DNA from: Mytilus edulis
Lineage: Eukaryota
Assembly (NCBI RefSeq): GCF_963676685.1
Contig: NC_092346.1
Span: forward strand, 82,708,001-82,772,000
DNA: 64,000 nt
Direction of reading: 5' to 3'
Positions 26,601 to 37,669 of this stretch are shown here, in pieces; position 1 is the stretch's first letter; each line of letters starts with the position of its first letter. The position numbers and the translations under genes are program-made. Below the pieces are notes generated by a model. It searched no databases. It worked only from the letters and a program-made list of their open reading frames with translations, and had not been told where the DNA came from.

Positions 26601-29600
26601 ATTTGTATATTATTCATTATTAGAGTAAATAAACAGCTTATTACAAATAAACTGATCTATATCCACACAGATTAGCATTTAAGTACCAATTAAGACACAG
26701 TTTAATGTTGGTATTTGTGTACCACAGTTAAAATTAATCTGAATAAATCGTTCTAGATAAAAATGTTTTTTTAAATTGAAATTTCAAAGTCAGTCACTGA
26801 ATTAAAAAAATTTATTGTTCATTAGAGATTAACATTTGTCCACTTAGGGTTGACCTACACCTGACCATATGATAATATCTTTATTATGACAGCGGTCTAG
26901 CCTACCTCTGAACACCTGTAGGATCAAAGGATATACCTCAGGCATTCTACAGGTTAATTACAGGTACAATAAAACAGGAATCAAAAATCAGTTACCACCT
27001 GTATGTGAATTAATGTATAATAGTTTTGATATGTAAACATGGTAAAAGACCACTTTCTCTTAATTTTAAGTACCTGAGATAATTGAAATAAATAGACAGG
27101 GCAGTTGTGAAATAATCATTATTTGTTTATTGAATTAACTTTAGATGTGTTGTAAATTAATTGAATGTTTATTGCCTAAGGTATATCTTTTCATCAAAAC
27201 AAACTGGCCACATTATACTAGTATAATGGCCCAATAAACAGACCAGGAGACAATGGTGAAAAAATGTAGGATTTCTACGCATTAGAAATCAAGCTATTTG
27301 TACATATATGTTTCTTGTACGTTGTCAAGTTCAAAAACTTCATATTTTGAAAATCGTGACTTATGCATGGGATGTATATTTATACAAACATTGGTCAAGA
27401 CTTTTATCTACTGGTATCAACTATTTTACTGTTTTTTCTGTAATACCTCAACTTCATTTGGTGAAAGCCTTGTAACATCTCCTCCTCTCCCATCCTCAAT
27501 TATTTCTTCTACTTTATTGGTGACCTTGGATTTACTCAGGGTCACATTCTTCACCACCCGGCCGGAGGAATTAATGACTACAAGCTGATTTGGTCTATCT
27601 GGATCGGGGTATGTTACCACTACATCATATTCCTGGACTTCTACTCTGTCCAATCCATATGTCTGTAGTTCTTTCTTCACATATTCTGTTTGTCTTACAT
27701 CTTTCAGTAACTTCAAATCTCTGTAATAGTGAATAGAAACAGGTTTAATGTACTTTGGCAAGGAATGACAATTTGCATAGATATTTCTCAGGGGGTCAGG
27801 TTTTTGAATATTAACCCCTGCATTAAGTTCCTTCAAAGATTGTGTTTGTTTTTTCAATGAACACAATTAAATACTCACCTATATACAAATAACCATACCT
27901 ACAATGAACACAATTAAATCCTCACCTATATTCAAATAACCATACCTACAATGAACAGTTTTCTTGCAAGGGTTCTCATCTCAAAAATTTGTCAATGACA
28001 CATACCAAATGAGTAACAACTAAAGGTCACTGTATGGCCTTCAACAATGAGCAAAGCTCATGTTCTCTTCCTGAATATGCATTTAATTACTGCTGGACAT
28101 TAAACATCATCATCATCAAATTATGTCTCAGTTTTCCTTCCGAAGGTCAGTGGTTCTCTCTAAGTTCTCCTGCTTCCTCTACCAATTAAACTGACCGCCT
28201 CAAAATACACTGTAATCAAGGATGCTGTAAGTTATATGGTGTTTACAACCAACAATCAATCATCCATCTCTTTTGGGTTTTCTGGATTCTCAAAAACTGC
28301 TGGCTAGTAGTTTCTAAACATCCATTTCACCATAACATTATTTTTCAAAGTTTATTGACAAAAATATATTCAAAAATTTTATCATCTTTGAGCACCCTTC
28401 ATCCCTTCTTTAAATCAATTTGAGATCATGAATTTTGATTTTATAAAGTGCTGAAAAATTTCAATAAATTTAAAGTAACAAAAGAAATGTATTAAACCAG
28501 AACATTATCTTAGACTTAAGTTTGTAATTTTTTTTTAATTTCACAAATAAGCACAGAATGACACTATTCTGTGTAACAAAAACAACAAATTAGTCAATGC
28601 ACTCAGATCATAGCAGATATATATCAACATGATCAACATCATAATACCGAGTACATGGTATTTTCTGTACCAAATAAATTGAAGAAAATTGCTTGATGTA
28701 GTAATGATTATCTGAAAATTAAATTTATCACTGGTGCTAGTTACATTATCATACAAATATTTAATTGTTGTTGTATCAGAATATAATTTTGATAAAAAAA
28801 AAAAGATTAAATTTTATAATTTTGACAGGCAATTTATGTCAAACTTGATAAATTTTGAAATTATTTTCGAATTCTTTACAATTAAATCTTATAAAAAAAA
28901 TATACTCTTATAAAAATTAAAATTTAATTTATGTGATTCAAAATGAAAACAAAGTTTATATTTTATCAATATATATACATAATTTATTTTTAAATTCAAC
29001 CATACAAAAATTGATAATTTTATTTTAAATCAACTCAAGTATTGTCAAGTAAATATCATTATAATTTCTCACCAAGGCAAAATTTTATAATATTTTAATA
29101 AGGTTCAATTTATAATTTGAAAAGATCAAACAATTATTTCTTAAGAAATATTAATGTATAGAGAAGAACTATCTCAAAGCATGAGACATCAACCCAGTTA
29201 TTAAATCCTATACAGATAATTTGTATATTATTGTTGTCACTGTCCAATATAATAAGCGATTATTTCTTAACCTACAATTTTATCACAAAGTATCACAAAG
29301 AAGAACTGGTTTGTTGTAGAAAATCACCTTTAATTTTCCAAAAAATGCAAGTAATAAAAATCAAAGCATTAATACAAATATCACTGGGTTCATTATAGAG
29401 TAAATATACCATATTTGTCCTGTGGGTGTTACACATACATTAAACCACAGAAGGTACCTTTAATCCTTTGCATAAACTTTTAAAGGGGTGATCTCAAAGA
29501 AGTAAATGTATTATTCAAACATTGTTAAATCAAGTCAAGTTTACACATTCTTTTCCTAATCCTATTAGACCAAGATTTATATATCTTAATTAAATAACAT

Positions 29601-32600
29601 TTACTCTACATGAAATTGATAGTCAATTATTTGAAAAAGTATTTATAAAGAATTAAAAGGTACGCATATACGCATGTACATGATGTACATGTATACTAGT
29701 ACAATAGTATGAACAGTTAAAACAGCAGATTGTAGAAATTGATATACAAATAACAAATGTGCACGTAGGTTGTATTTAGCATTTTGATAAGAGATGACTC
29801 AAGATAGCTCAAACTTTTAAAATAAAAGGTGTCCACATTCTGCAAAGTTTCCAGGGATGAGAGTTGAAGACAAATAACAGGTTAATGTACATGTATCCTC
29901 ATTTCCATCATGGGTAGGGTACACATACAACTAAACCAGTGGCAGATAAAGGGGGGTCTTGGGTTTTTAAGGACAATCAGTGCATTTGAATGAGGATGTC
30001 ATATGGTTGAACCCCCCCCCTTTTTAATCCTTGTTTTAGATCCCCCCCCCCTTTTCAAAATGGCTGTATCTGCCCCTGTAAACTACACAAAATAGATGCT
30101 ACCGTTTATGACTGCACTACATGTTAAACCATTATACTAAAGAAGAAAGAATTGTAAGACCATGTTTTTAGGTCCATTGAATTGAAATTCATTTAGTATA
30201 TATTGTTACATATTTGTAAAAATAGCATTCTTAAAAAGTTCATACATTTTAGGGAGGAGTTATTCTGTCGAATTTGTATTAAAATGGTAATTGACAGGAC
30301 TTCAAACTAAATCTTGCATTTGATATAAAACTTCATTGATAAATAAAAATAATTTTTAAATGTATTGAAGAATTTTACTTTACATGTACTTCACCAAAAC
30401 TGGGTGGTAAGAATTTAAACAGAGAGTTTATTATGATTTGAATTAGAGCGACTTAACTTTCTTACATTTACATGTATAAGATAATAAATAACAAAAGCAT
30501 CCAGTACATCAACTATTAGTTGTTAATAATTATAAGCGCGCCATATCTTGTGTATCTCTATTTGTAAATCAGTTTTTAGACAAGTTAATTATAACCATGA
30601 TAACTGCCCTGATAATTTTTCTTAACTGTTAACAATTATAACCCATAATAAACTTGTTTTTACAACTTTTTAGTGATCAAAGTGACATTTAAATGAAATC
30701 TCTGTCTAAACAAAATGTGATCTCAATGGCATTATGTGTGGTAAATGGTCCACATAAATTAGATGAACACAGCTTTCTAAAAATTATCTTTAATCGTTAC
30801 AGCTTTTATCATTGAAAAGAACTTAACAGGTTTCTGTTTCATCACATAAAAGTCATTTTCACTGAGCACATAATGAATTTTTGTATTTTTATACAAATTA
30901 CAAGGTATGTTAGAAAATGGTTAAAGTATAAACAAGAAAAGTGGTTGCGTTTTGAATAGATTTTTCCATATAATTATTGTTATGAATGCTGTCCTGCAGA
31001 GAAAGCTTGCTTGTATTGTAAGTATGCTAATGTTACTTTGAATAAAGCCAGCAAGACAACAGTTGACTTCACATCAAGGTTTTGTCCTCAACTTTTTCAT
31101 TTTAAATCTCTGAACTCATTTCACTATTGAAGATAGGAGAAAGTAGCCTAAAATCCCTCCAATTTATCCCCTATCAATAACATAGGAACAGCTGTCCATT
31201 TCGATTGTATAGTGATGATCTACGTATACTGACCCTTACATGGTCACTACATCTTTAATCTTATTTTATACACAGTTGGGAATAACTCTCAGCATGAAGA
31301 GAGGACATTCATATGAATACATTTACAAGTCATGAATGACTTTATAAATTTTAAAATCTTCACCTATGAAACTTAGTGAAACATGTGAAAGGAAGTAACA
31401 GTATAGACTCCAAGCTTTAACCTAAGATCAAAGGAAGCACCACTGGTATACGTCTTAAAATAATTAATCTTATTTTCTGCGGTTTGATGGTCAAAAGTAC
31501 ATTTACCAGTTAAAGATACATTGTATAAATTGTACCTTGGAGGCTTAACAGATATAAAAGCATTCTTTTCTTCAATTTTTTTTATTATAATTTGTACATG
31601 TACATGTTGATCATGTTATGTACATGTTCATGTATGTTAATATCCATGTACAATTAATGTATATATTCACTATAGAAGTTTATATATCATATCTACATGT
31701 ACTATATATTGAACATAAATGAAACTTTCTAACATGTGAACCTGAACCCACAAAATGTATACATCTTTTAAGTATTTTTTACTGATGGATGTATATGCAC
31801 AACGTGTTTTCTTATTCTTATTTATATTCCATTATGCATAAATGAAGTTGCTATTGTGTATTTTTATTTTTTGTAAATTACTTAATTTAGAGTACAATAT
31901 ATAATAAATTAAAAGTTATTTATATATATATATACATGATATATATATTTTAATAAACATTTTTTTAATTATTTGTTCAAATAACAGTGCAGCCCTGACA
32001 GGCCTGAGAACTTTTAAAATGTCTGGGAAGATGTTTTTTGAAGAAGAAAAAATCAAAATTAATTAATAATAAATGATTGGTAAACCATGTTCATTATAAC
32101 TATATGTACATGTACATAGTATTTCATGACGGAACAAAATATTTTCAGCTAGGGTTATCTATACCTATTGTTCAATTTCATGATATTAATCAAGGTTTTT
32201 ATTACTCAATTCAAAGTTTTGTATGATCCTTTAAGAGTACTTGTAAATATTGTATTCAACAAATTTACGAAATAGTCATGAATTTGAGAAGACAACATAA
32301 ACCTCGTATTTCAAGTCAAAAGAATTTCTAAATCCACCCTTAAAATCTCTGTCAAAGGCTTACAATGTTGTCTAAGTTTGAAGTGTCTCATGTTATCTCT
32401 TAATAAATATTTTCTTTTAATTTCTAATAACACAAGTGATTCTCAAATAGTAGAAAGTTGCACAATAGTTCTTTTATCACACTTAAAACTTAAATTCCAG
32501 TAGAGGAGATAACTCAGTTTATTTTATTCATTATCTGGCTGAATGATTTGTTCTTCTGTAAACCTGAGCCTTACCATTGGTCATGTTGGTTTTGTTAATT

Positions 32601-35135
32601 TGGTGAATGGTATGAGATAATAATTTTCTAATTCATACTGATTGCCTTCATTTAACTCATTGTTGTTAAATTCATTTCTCAATAAAAATTAGTTTCATTA
32701 TTCACTGATCTATGAGACAGTTTATATATATACTGACACATGAAAGAAATCATAAATCCTATTCAGAATTAGGATTGATTATTTCGTCTTGAAAATTGAC
32801 AAGTGTAATAACTAATATTTAAACAATTAAAATATTATCATGTAATCTGAGGCATGTAAGGATTGTTTAAAGTTTTCAAATTTTGACAGTTAAAATCCAT
32901 TTAGCAATTTTACTGTACATGCTGAATAATGTATAACATGTATAAGTTAGAGCTCTGACAAGACTGATAAACCAATTCTGAATCTTGGAAGGCTTACTTT
33001 AAGAGGGGCGTTAAGGAGGAGTATCTGCGAAGAAGAACGAGAAATAAAATTTTCATTTCACTATGAACAAACAATTAAAAATTTCTTGCACGTTGATTTT
33101 TTTACAGATTTCAGGAAACATGGTGAATAATGAACCTTTTTCATGGCTGTGTGTGAAATAAAAATGGCATAACATGTTGCACGAAAATAACCCTTTACCA
33201 CCCTCATTTAAGCTGGAGCAAGTCATATGCATTTTTTACAAAGTTGTAATGAAATTTTTAGACTTACTTTAATGTCTGATTATGCTATAGATTCTGTTCT
33301 GTAAATCTTGAAATTTTTTGCATTTCGAGATTTGTAATAAATTTTCTATAATATAATCTTGAAATGAAAATACAATATCAAAATCTATCCTTCAATTACA
33401 TTCATTGTAAGATAAATAGATATAAGAAGATGAGGTATGAGTGCCATTGAGACAACTCTTCATCCAAGTCACAATTTACAAAAGTAAACCATTGTAGGTA
33501 AAAAAAAAAACTGCCTTCAACACAGAGCCTTGACTCACATCAAACAGCAAACTATAAAGGGCCCCAAAATATTACTAGTGTAAAGCCATTTAAACGGGAA
33601 AACCAATGCACATGTACAAATTTATCTATAATTATAAATGGCATATAATATACATTGTACATGTATCTATGAATCATATACATGTACAATGTACAACATT
33701 TATCCACAATTGTATAAAAAAAAATATTTAAAGTTGTTTTAGACTCTTATGTTTTTTTCTTATTAACTACATGTACAAAAAATGTACAATGTATATATTG
33801 CTATTTTGATTTTTCAATCTAAAGTTAGTCGCCTTTTTAAACTTTTTTTTCATCAAACTTTTCTTAGACTTGTACAAATGTATCTTCTCAGTACATACAT
33901 GTCACACAATTAAATACAGTGATCCACCTATTTATTTAGAAAATTTTTGCTGCATTTTTAATAAATATGTGCCATTTGAAGTATATAAAATATGGATTAA
34001 AATGCCTCTGGCCTTTGTTAGTCCGGTATGATTTTTAATTTTAGTTTCTTGTGTACAATTCGGAGTCTAGTATGCTGTCCATTTATGGCGCAGGAATAGT
34101 GTCACAATGGCGTTTTTATGCCATTGCATAAATGAATTATGCGATGGCATAAATCTATTTATTAAATAATTGTATTTCTGGACTTGCATTATTATTTATG
34201 CGATTGCATAAATCTATTTATGCGATGGTATAAATCTATTTATGCGAACGCAAAAATATCTTTACATTTACGCAACTATGGCGCAGGAATAGTGTCACAA
34301 TGGCATTTTTATGCATTGTGACACTATTACCATGCAATATCCATTATCACTGAACTAGTATGCACATTTGTTAAGCCAGCTGAAGGACGCCTCCTGGTTC
34401 AGGAGTTTCTCGCTACATTGAAGGCCCATTGGTGGCCTTCGGCTGTTGTCTGCTCTATGGTCAGGTTGTTGTCGCTTTGACACATTCCCCATTTCCATTC
34501 TCAATTTTATTAAAAATTGTAAACACAAGTTAGAAAAATATCCATAATAATGTTTGAGGACCTGTTTGGCAGATCTAGAGTTAAAATTTACAAAAGATGT
34601 ATCTTAAATTTGAAGCTGGGTCCATAATAAATATTAGCAGACATATGTCTCTGATATTAGTATTACTTAAATAGAATACTGTATCATATACTATACATGT
34701 ATATACAAATCATCCAATGAAGTCACTTATTTGGGATAGTTATTTTCTTTTTAAGGGATTGTGTTGAATGATTTGCTTTTTCATCTTCAAATATTCAAAA
34801 ACTCACCTTGATATTTTTCGAACATTGTCATTTGAAATAAAATACATGATGTTTTCATGTACAGAATGGAGCATGTGAGTGTCAATTTTATCCCTTCTTT
34901 TTCCAAAACTGCTTTCATCTTCATGAGATTCTTTCAAAAAATATCCAACCATTAATCCAACTAAAAACATAACACTTAAGCTCAAAATAATCAAAGAAAA
35001 TGCCCATGTGCTAAAAGTTCTTTTAAGTTTCTTTTGGGCTGGAGTTTCAGGTGTATAAATTCTCCCTACATCATTAGGATCATCCGACACAGTACTCCAA
35101 CTTCTGTATTTTGTAAACGAACTTGCACTCGCCAT
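5488..35135 (-). CDS. M28B family (GCPII/NAALADase/transferrin receptor-like) type II membrane protein, probably catalytically inactive; 12 coding exons, ~658 aa
   Basis: Exons 35135-34807, 27720-27447, 22352-22233, 16216-16129, 15459-15373, 12518-12426, 11371-11187, 10609-10472, 9251-9108, 8836-8647, 7636-7477, 5656-5488. All have GT-AG boundaries and compatible phases, totalling 1977 nt. Motifs are collinear with GCPII/TfR: GLDRVEVQEYDVVVTYPD, GELVYGDYGR, NVVGSITG..DRFILIG, GWTPWRSVKFCSWD, AVAYIDLD, LLPFN, RRINDAIMKLQR. Confidence 0.9.
6462..6912. mobile_element. Non-autonomous DNA transposon with 4-bp TSD
   Basis: TCAT|GGTCCGAGAACACAATT ... AATTGTGGTCTGGGACC|TCAT. Confidence 0.7.
6977..7020 (-). 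ncRNA. Decayed minimal hammerhead ribozyme motif (G8->A)
   Basis: Minus strand GCAUCA CUGAUAA GUCU-UUUGU-AGAC GAAA UGCAUG UC UGGGGU; lies in the same repeat family as the other copies (about 6932-7085). Confidence 0.7.
7477..7636 (-). CDS. M28B-like gene exon 11 (helical dimerisation domain)
   Basis: cttttcag|(D)IIVEKVTELKNAGKTFTEYIPQLLKSKDGLAVRRINDAIMKLQRILLMPNKY-AG|gtaatt; aligns with LRMMNDQLMFLERAF. Confidence 0.88.
8647..8836 (-). CDS. M28B-like gene exon 10
   Basis: ttccacag|TSDDDHHHMYSLAAARVASLVTLRLLDEELLPFNITFFTSKVYNAI...KLLST-G|gtaaat; aligns with [25 protein letters not shown]. Confidence 0.88.
9108..9251 (-). CDS. M28B-like gene exon 9
   Basis: catgacag|VPDPNNDNLVLENTWDGLLHSMKTETRIQQFGVPVFHASVSQTNNLTQ|gtaaat; overlaps track ORF 8988..9200. 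Confidence 0.82.
9719..10030. repeat. 30-bp minisatellite (~10 units), intron 8 of M28B gene
   Basis: Unit TCAGAGTATATGTTTCAG(T/A)ACTG(T/C)CATACT; explains track ORFs 9645..10055 and 9823..10062. Confidence 0.95.
10472..10609 (-). CDS. M28B-like gene exon 8
   Basis: ctctatag|MQTMSTQSSAVAYIDLDLGQINNGSHWLHLAGSSMFSDLVTSVVKE|gtaagg; aligns with VAYINAD...PLMYSLVHNLTKE. Confidence 0.88.
11187..11371 (-). CDS. M28B-like gene exon 7 (degenerate active-site exon)
   Basis: gtattacag|(D)RFILIGASRSHLQVGTSYLLELARSFKDMQRGNGWTPWRSVKFCSWDHDGISDLGFSQYLK|gtaaag. Confidence 0.92.
11669..12118 (+). mobile_element. HINE/pearl-like (Helentron-associated) non-autonomous element
   Basis: AACAAG start, two internal ~175-bp repeats (…AAACTACCTTGACCAAAAACTTTAACCTGAA), GAC(A/G) microsatellite-like tract, terminal hairpin ATGCCCC…GGGGCAT followed by an A-run. 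Confidence 0.7.
12426..12518 (-). CDS. M28B-like gene exon 6
   Basis: cttttcag|(R)NISVRLVSNYIQITQSVKNVVGSITGDLER-G|gtaaa; aligns with [27 protein letters not shown]. Confidence 0.88.
12590..14378. repeat. 43-bp tandem array (~41 units), intron 5 of M28B gene
   Basis: Unit TGATTCATTATTCCTATTCAGAC(T/A)TGTGAAGATAAGGTTTGTA. Confidence 0.97.
14383..15053. mobile_element. piggyBac-like non-autonomous element
   Basis: TTAA|CCCTTTCACCGAT ... ATCGGCGAAAGGG|TTAA (12/13 TIR match); subterminal direct repeat ATCCCGGTAAA.CGGGACTCATCG near the right end. Confidence 0.85.
15373..15459 (-). CDS. M28B-like gene exon 5
   Basis: aaatatag|(D)TSQQYPFPVQMLSRNISEQLLMYYSTHN-A|gtgagt; aligns with PSIPVHPIGYYDAQKLL; phase 1-1. 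Confidence 0.8.
15943..16069. repeat. Tandem duplication, 63 bp x2
   Basis: GTCAAGTATGGTCAATACTAGTG...CACTACATTATT repeated. Confidence 0.9.
16129..16216 (-). CDS. M28B-like gene exon 4
   Basis: ctgttacag|IRNGITFGVRGILIQNAEKEKMSDITDCL-G|gtagga; aligns with VKNAQLAGAKGVILYSDP. Confidence 0.8.
16408..17079. repeat. Near-perfect 32-bp minisatellite (~21 units)
   Basis: GGCATCAACCAAG(G/A)CTAGCACAGACACTATAT; no spacers. Confidence 0.97.
18254..18350. repeat. Tandem duplication, 48 bp x2
   Basis: TGATAAAAAATTCTTGTGATATATATAAATCAGATTTGTGAATAAGAA twice. Confidence 0.9.
21668..21937 (+). mobile_element. SINE-like interspersed repeat (other copies 24020-24340, 34005-34510)
   Basis: Shared CCTGTCCCAAGTCAGGAGCCTCTGGCCTTTGTTAGTC ... 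TTTGACACATTCCCCATTTCCATTCTC in three copies. Confidence 0.75.
22233..22352 (-). CDS. M28B-like gene exon 3 (PA/apical domain)
   Basis: acatccag|GELVYGDYGRSIDLVRKNRSMSLQGKVLMIRQGEVSIKEK|gtatgt; aligns with GCPII GDLVYVNYAR...SGKIVIARYGKVFRGNK. Not in the ORF track. Confidence 0.9.
25250..26482. repeat. Compound degenerate minisatellite (48-58-bp units)
   Basis: GAGTATGTCAGTAAATGAAGTACTATGTCAAC units (25250-25960) grading into AGTATGGCAGTACATTGCAGT(A/T)CTATGTCAATCTTTCAGTCAGCAGG units (26200-26482). Confidence 0.9.
27447..27720 (-). CDS. M28B-like gene exon 2
   Basis: Acceptor ctattacag|, phase matches exon 1 (AG|A = Arg); encodes DLKLLK...TYGLDRVEVQEYDVVVTYPDPDRPNQLVVINSSG...NEVE; donor GAG|gtatta. 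Confidence 0.88.
29937..30078. mobile_element. Short MITE (CAGTGGC…GCCCCTG family; end remnants near 7765-7780 and 22744-22758)
   Basis: CAGTGGCAGATA ... TATCTGCCCCTG imperfect TIRs with poly-G/poly-C runs. Confidence 0.6.
34084..34339. mobile_element. Non-autonomous DNA transposon (IS3EU-like termini) inserted into a SINE-like repeat
   Basis: TCCATT|TATGGCGCAGGAATAGTGTCACAATG ... CATTGTGACACTATTACCATGCAATA|TCCATT; 6-bp TSD; the uninterrupted host sequence is visible near 21757. Confidence 0.75.
34807..35135 (-). CDS. M28B-like gene exon 1: cytoplasmic tail, signal-anchor TM helix, stalk
   Basis: ATG at 35135; hydrophobic helix WAFSLIILSLSVMFLVGLMVGYFL (aa 44-67) preceded by basic KKLKR; donor AG|gtgagt, phase 2. 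Confidence 0.88.
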
Positions 35136-35673
35136 TTCCGCGTAAATACTGAAGTTATAATTGAGAGTTTCACCTGAGGCACTTCATTATTGATTTTGGG
35201 GACGATCTCAAAGTTTAATTCATGACTTATACTGAAAAGGGTTTAAATCACTCAAAATTTCAATTTCTGTCTAAGATATCGTTTTTTCGTTATACAGGTA
35301 AACTTTGATCTGTTTTTATAACTTTATCAAAGAAGAGTCTGAATTTCCCGCGGGAGATTGCAATGCAAACTATTAAAACATTTACAACTTCGGAATCAAG
35401 ACCGTTAGTAATCCGTACTTTCCCGAAATTATTGCATTTTTCAAAACTTTTTTTCTGAGTGTGTTTTTTTCCCCTACTATTCTGTAGACTATTCTTGCCA
35501 TGTGTAGGGTTATAGTTTGTCAAGTTCTTGTGATGTACCTTAACTTTAGTCATTTTCCTATGCATATACTGATTATGTGATGCTGTTTCTGTATCAAAGT
35601 TCCCATATTTTTTTCAAAAGTTTACATTTAAGTAGTCACGTTTAGTTTAAATAATTATTATTTGGACTTGTTC

Positions 35674-35759
35674 CACAGGCACTCGTCTCAGAAAAAAATT
35701 GCTATATACCTTTATATAACAAGGTATAAAGCAATTTTTTTCTGAGATGAGTGCCTGTG
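35674..35759. mobile_element. 86-bp foldback MITE with 8-bp TSD (P- or hAT-type)
   Basis: ACTTGTTC|CACAGGCACTCGTCTCAGAAAAAAATTGC..ATACCTT / AAGGTAT..GCAATTTTTTTCTGAGATGAGTGCCTGTG|ACTTGTTC. Confidence 0.88.
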
Positions 35760-35855
35760 ACTTGTTCACGTTCTGCTATATAGTTATTCATGTCCTCCCA
35801 CTAAATATAGAGCATACACCATATAAAGTTAAGTATGCCCATATCTTATCTTATA

Positions 35856-36130
35856 TCTAGAAATTGACAATGGGGGCTGGTTGAGAACAAAGCTTTACCA
35901 CAAAAGAGATGATTTCATCTTCCCCGTTTGTAAACCTTCCATTTTTATGTAGCAACAATCTAGGCAGTGCCTGCATATGAAGTATACTGAATCTCCAAGT
36001 TAATACGATATTCCAGAGCTTGCAGTTCCTTTTAGGATTGCTTTCATGCAAGGAAGCTACTGAACCAAGAGTTCCAAGTGCCAGATTGACGCTATCAAGA
36101 CGGTTGGTTGACCGTTATGACACCCCTGTT
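35856..36130 (+). mobile_element. Penelope-like retroelement RT C-terminal remnant
   Basis: Frameshifted LEIDNGGWLRTKLYHKRDDF.FP..N.PFLCSN…PAY.VY.S.LIRYSRACSSF. Confidence 0.7.
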
Positions 36131-37272
36131 TCAAAGATGACGGCGAAAGTGTTCCAACTGTCGTAACCACAACCATGGCAATTTGACATCAAATGTGACC
36201 TACCGAGTTAACTTATCACCGATTTTGTACTTACTAAATGTGGTGTTGGATCTGCTTAACCTTTCGAAGCAATTGAGATCACCCACGAATTTAGAATGCA
36301 TGGGTTCGTGTTGTTGAGTCTTTAAAAGAGAGGCGAAAGATACCAGAGCGACTTTCAAACTCATGAGTCGACTTGAAAAAAATGACAACGCCATTACTAA
36401 AAAAGAAAAGGACAAACAGACAAACAATAACTACACAAAACACAACATAGAAAACTGAAGTTAGACTGAACAACACGAGTTAGACTAAGCAACACGAACC
36501 CAACCAAAACATAGGGATGATCTCAGGTGCTTAGTTTTCTATATTGTGTTTTGTGAACTGTTGTTTGTTTTTTCTTCCTTTTTCCTGTTTTCCCATGGCA
36601 TCATCATTTTGTCACCTATTTTCGACTTATGATTTTGTTTATCCCTTTGCTCACTGTTATAAGTTCAAAGTTCAAATTTCTTTATTTTCCAATTAAGGGT
36701 CACTGATGGGACATAATGACAACAATACACAATACATTATCATTCATAATCTTCCATTAATCTTCAAGTTAGCTTAATGTTGGTTGGTTTTCTTGACTCA
36801 GTTATGACGACAGCCGGTTTCACAACAAGTTATTTTTAATCATTGATTGGTTTTGGTCCCTTTTTTGTACTTTCTCGATTTTATCAATTATATATGTTTC
36901 TTGTTTATAATGCTTTATGAGCCCACAACCGGTCCAATTAGCAAACTCTAGTTTGAATCGGACGATAAACTCAGCATTTTACTCTTAGACCTAACCTTCT
37001 CACTGACTTGTCACAAGAACAAAAAAGAAAGTGATATCAATATAAATCATATATAAAGATTATCCTTTAAAGGAGTTACTATATATAACATAGTCCTTTT
37101 AGCCTTACTAATTGCAAGAACACAATGTTATCTGGTTAAACTATAGTTAGATACGAATTTAACCCGGGCCTTCTTTTACCTTTATATATCAATAGAAATA
37201 AGAAGATGTGGTATGAGTGCCAATGAGACAACTCTCCATCTAAGTCACAATGTTTAAAAAGTAAACAATTAA

Positions 37273-37669
37273 AAAGCTGTCCAAGTAAATAACAGGCAAA
37301 TCCTATGGTATGGGTGGCACAACATATTTTTTTCCCACTGAATTTTTGGTTCCAATGCAATGTTTATATCATACAAAGGATATATATGTGTCAAAGATAT
37401 TTTTAAATCAACAGTGGATGGCTCAGAAAATGATTTTAAAGTTCACTAACAATAACAAAATTTTGTACAAAATGAAGAGTTATCTCCCCTTTTCAATGAA
37501 TTTTCAGTCCTTTCTATGTATTTTTTGCTTTTTATTTGTTGCAGTTAATAAAAAAAACAAAATCTAATTTTGAGATAGAATGAATTTGTGATATGAAATA
37601 GATGAACAAAATTTGAAAACAAAATATGTCATGTGCCACCCACTGCCTGGTTTTCCCATAGACACCCTC
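37273..37669. mobile_element. TTAA-flanked non-autonomous element
   Basis: TTAA at 37269-72 and 37670-73; internal inverted repeat GGGTGGCAC.ACATAT / ATATGTC.TGTGCCACCC. Confidence 0.5.

Noticed and set aside
35290-35565. 91-aa ORF upstream of the M28B start, and most other 60-100-aa track ORFs
   Set aside because: No recognisable motifs or splice support; composition is typical of random AT-rich ORFs.
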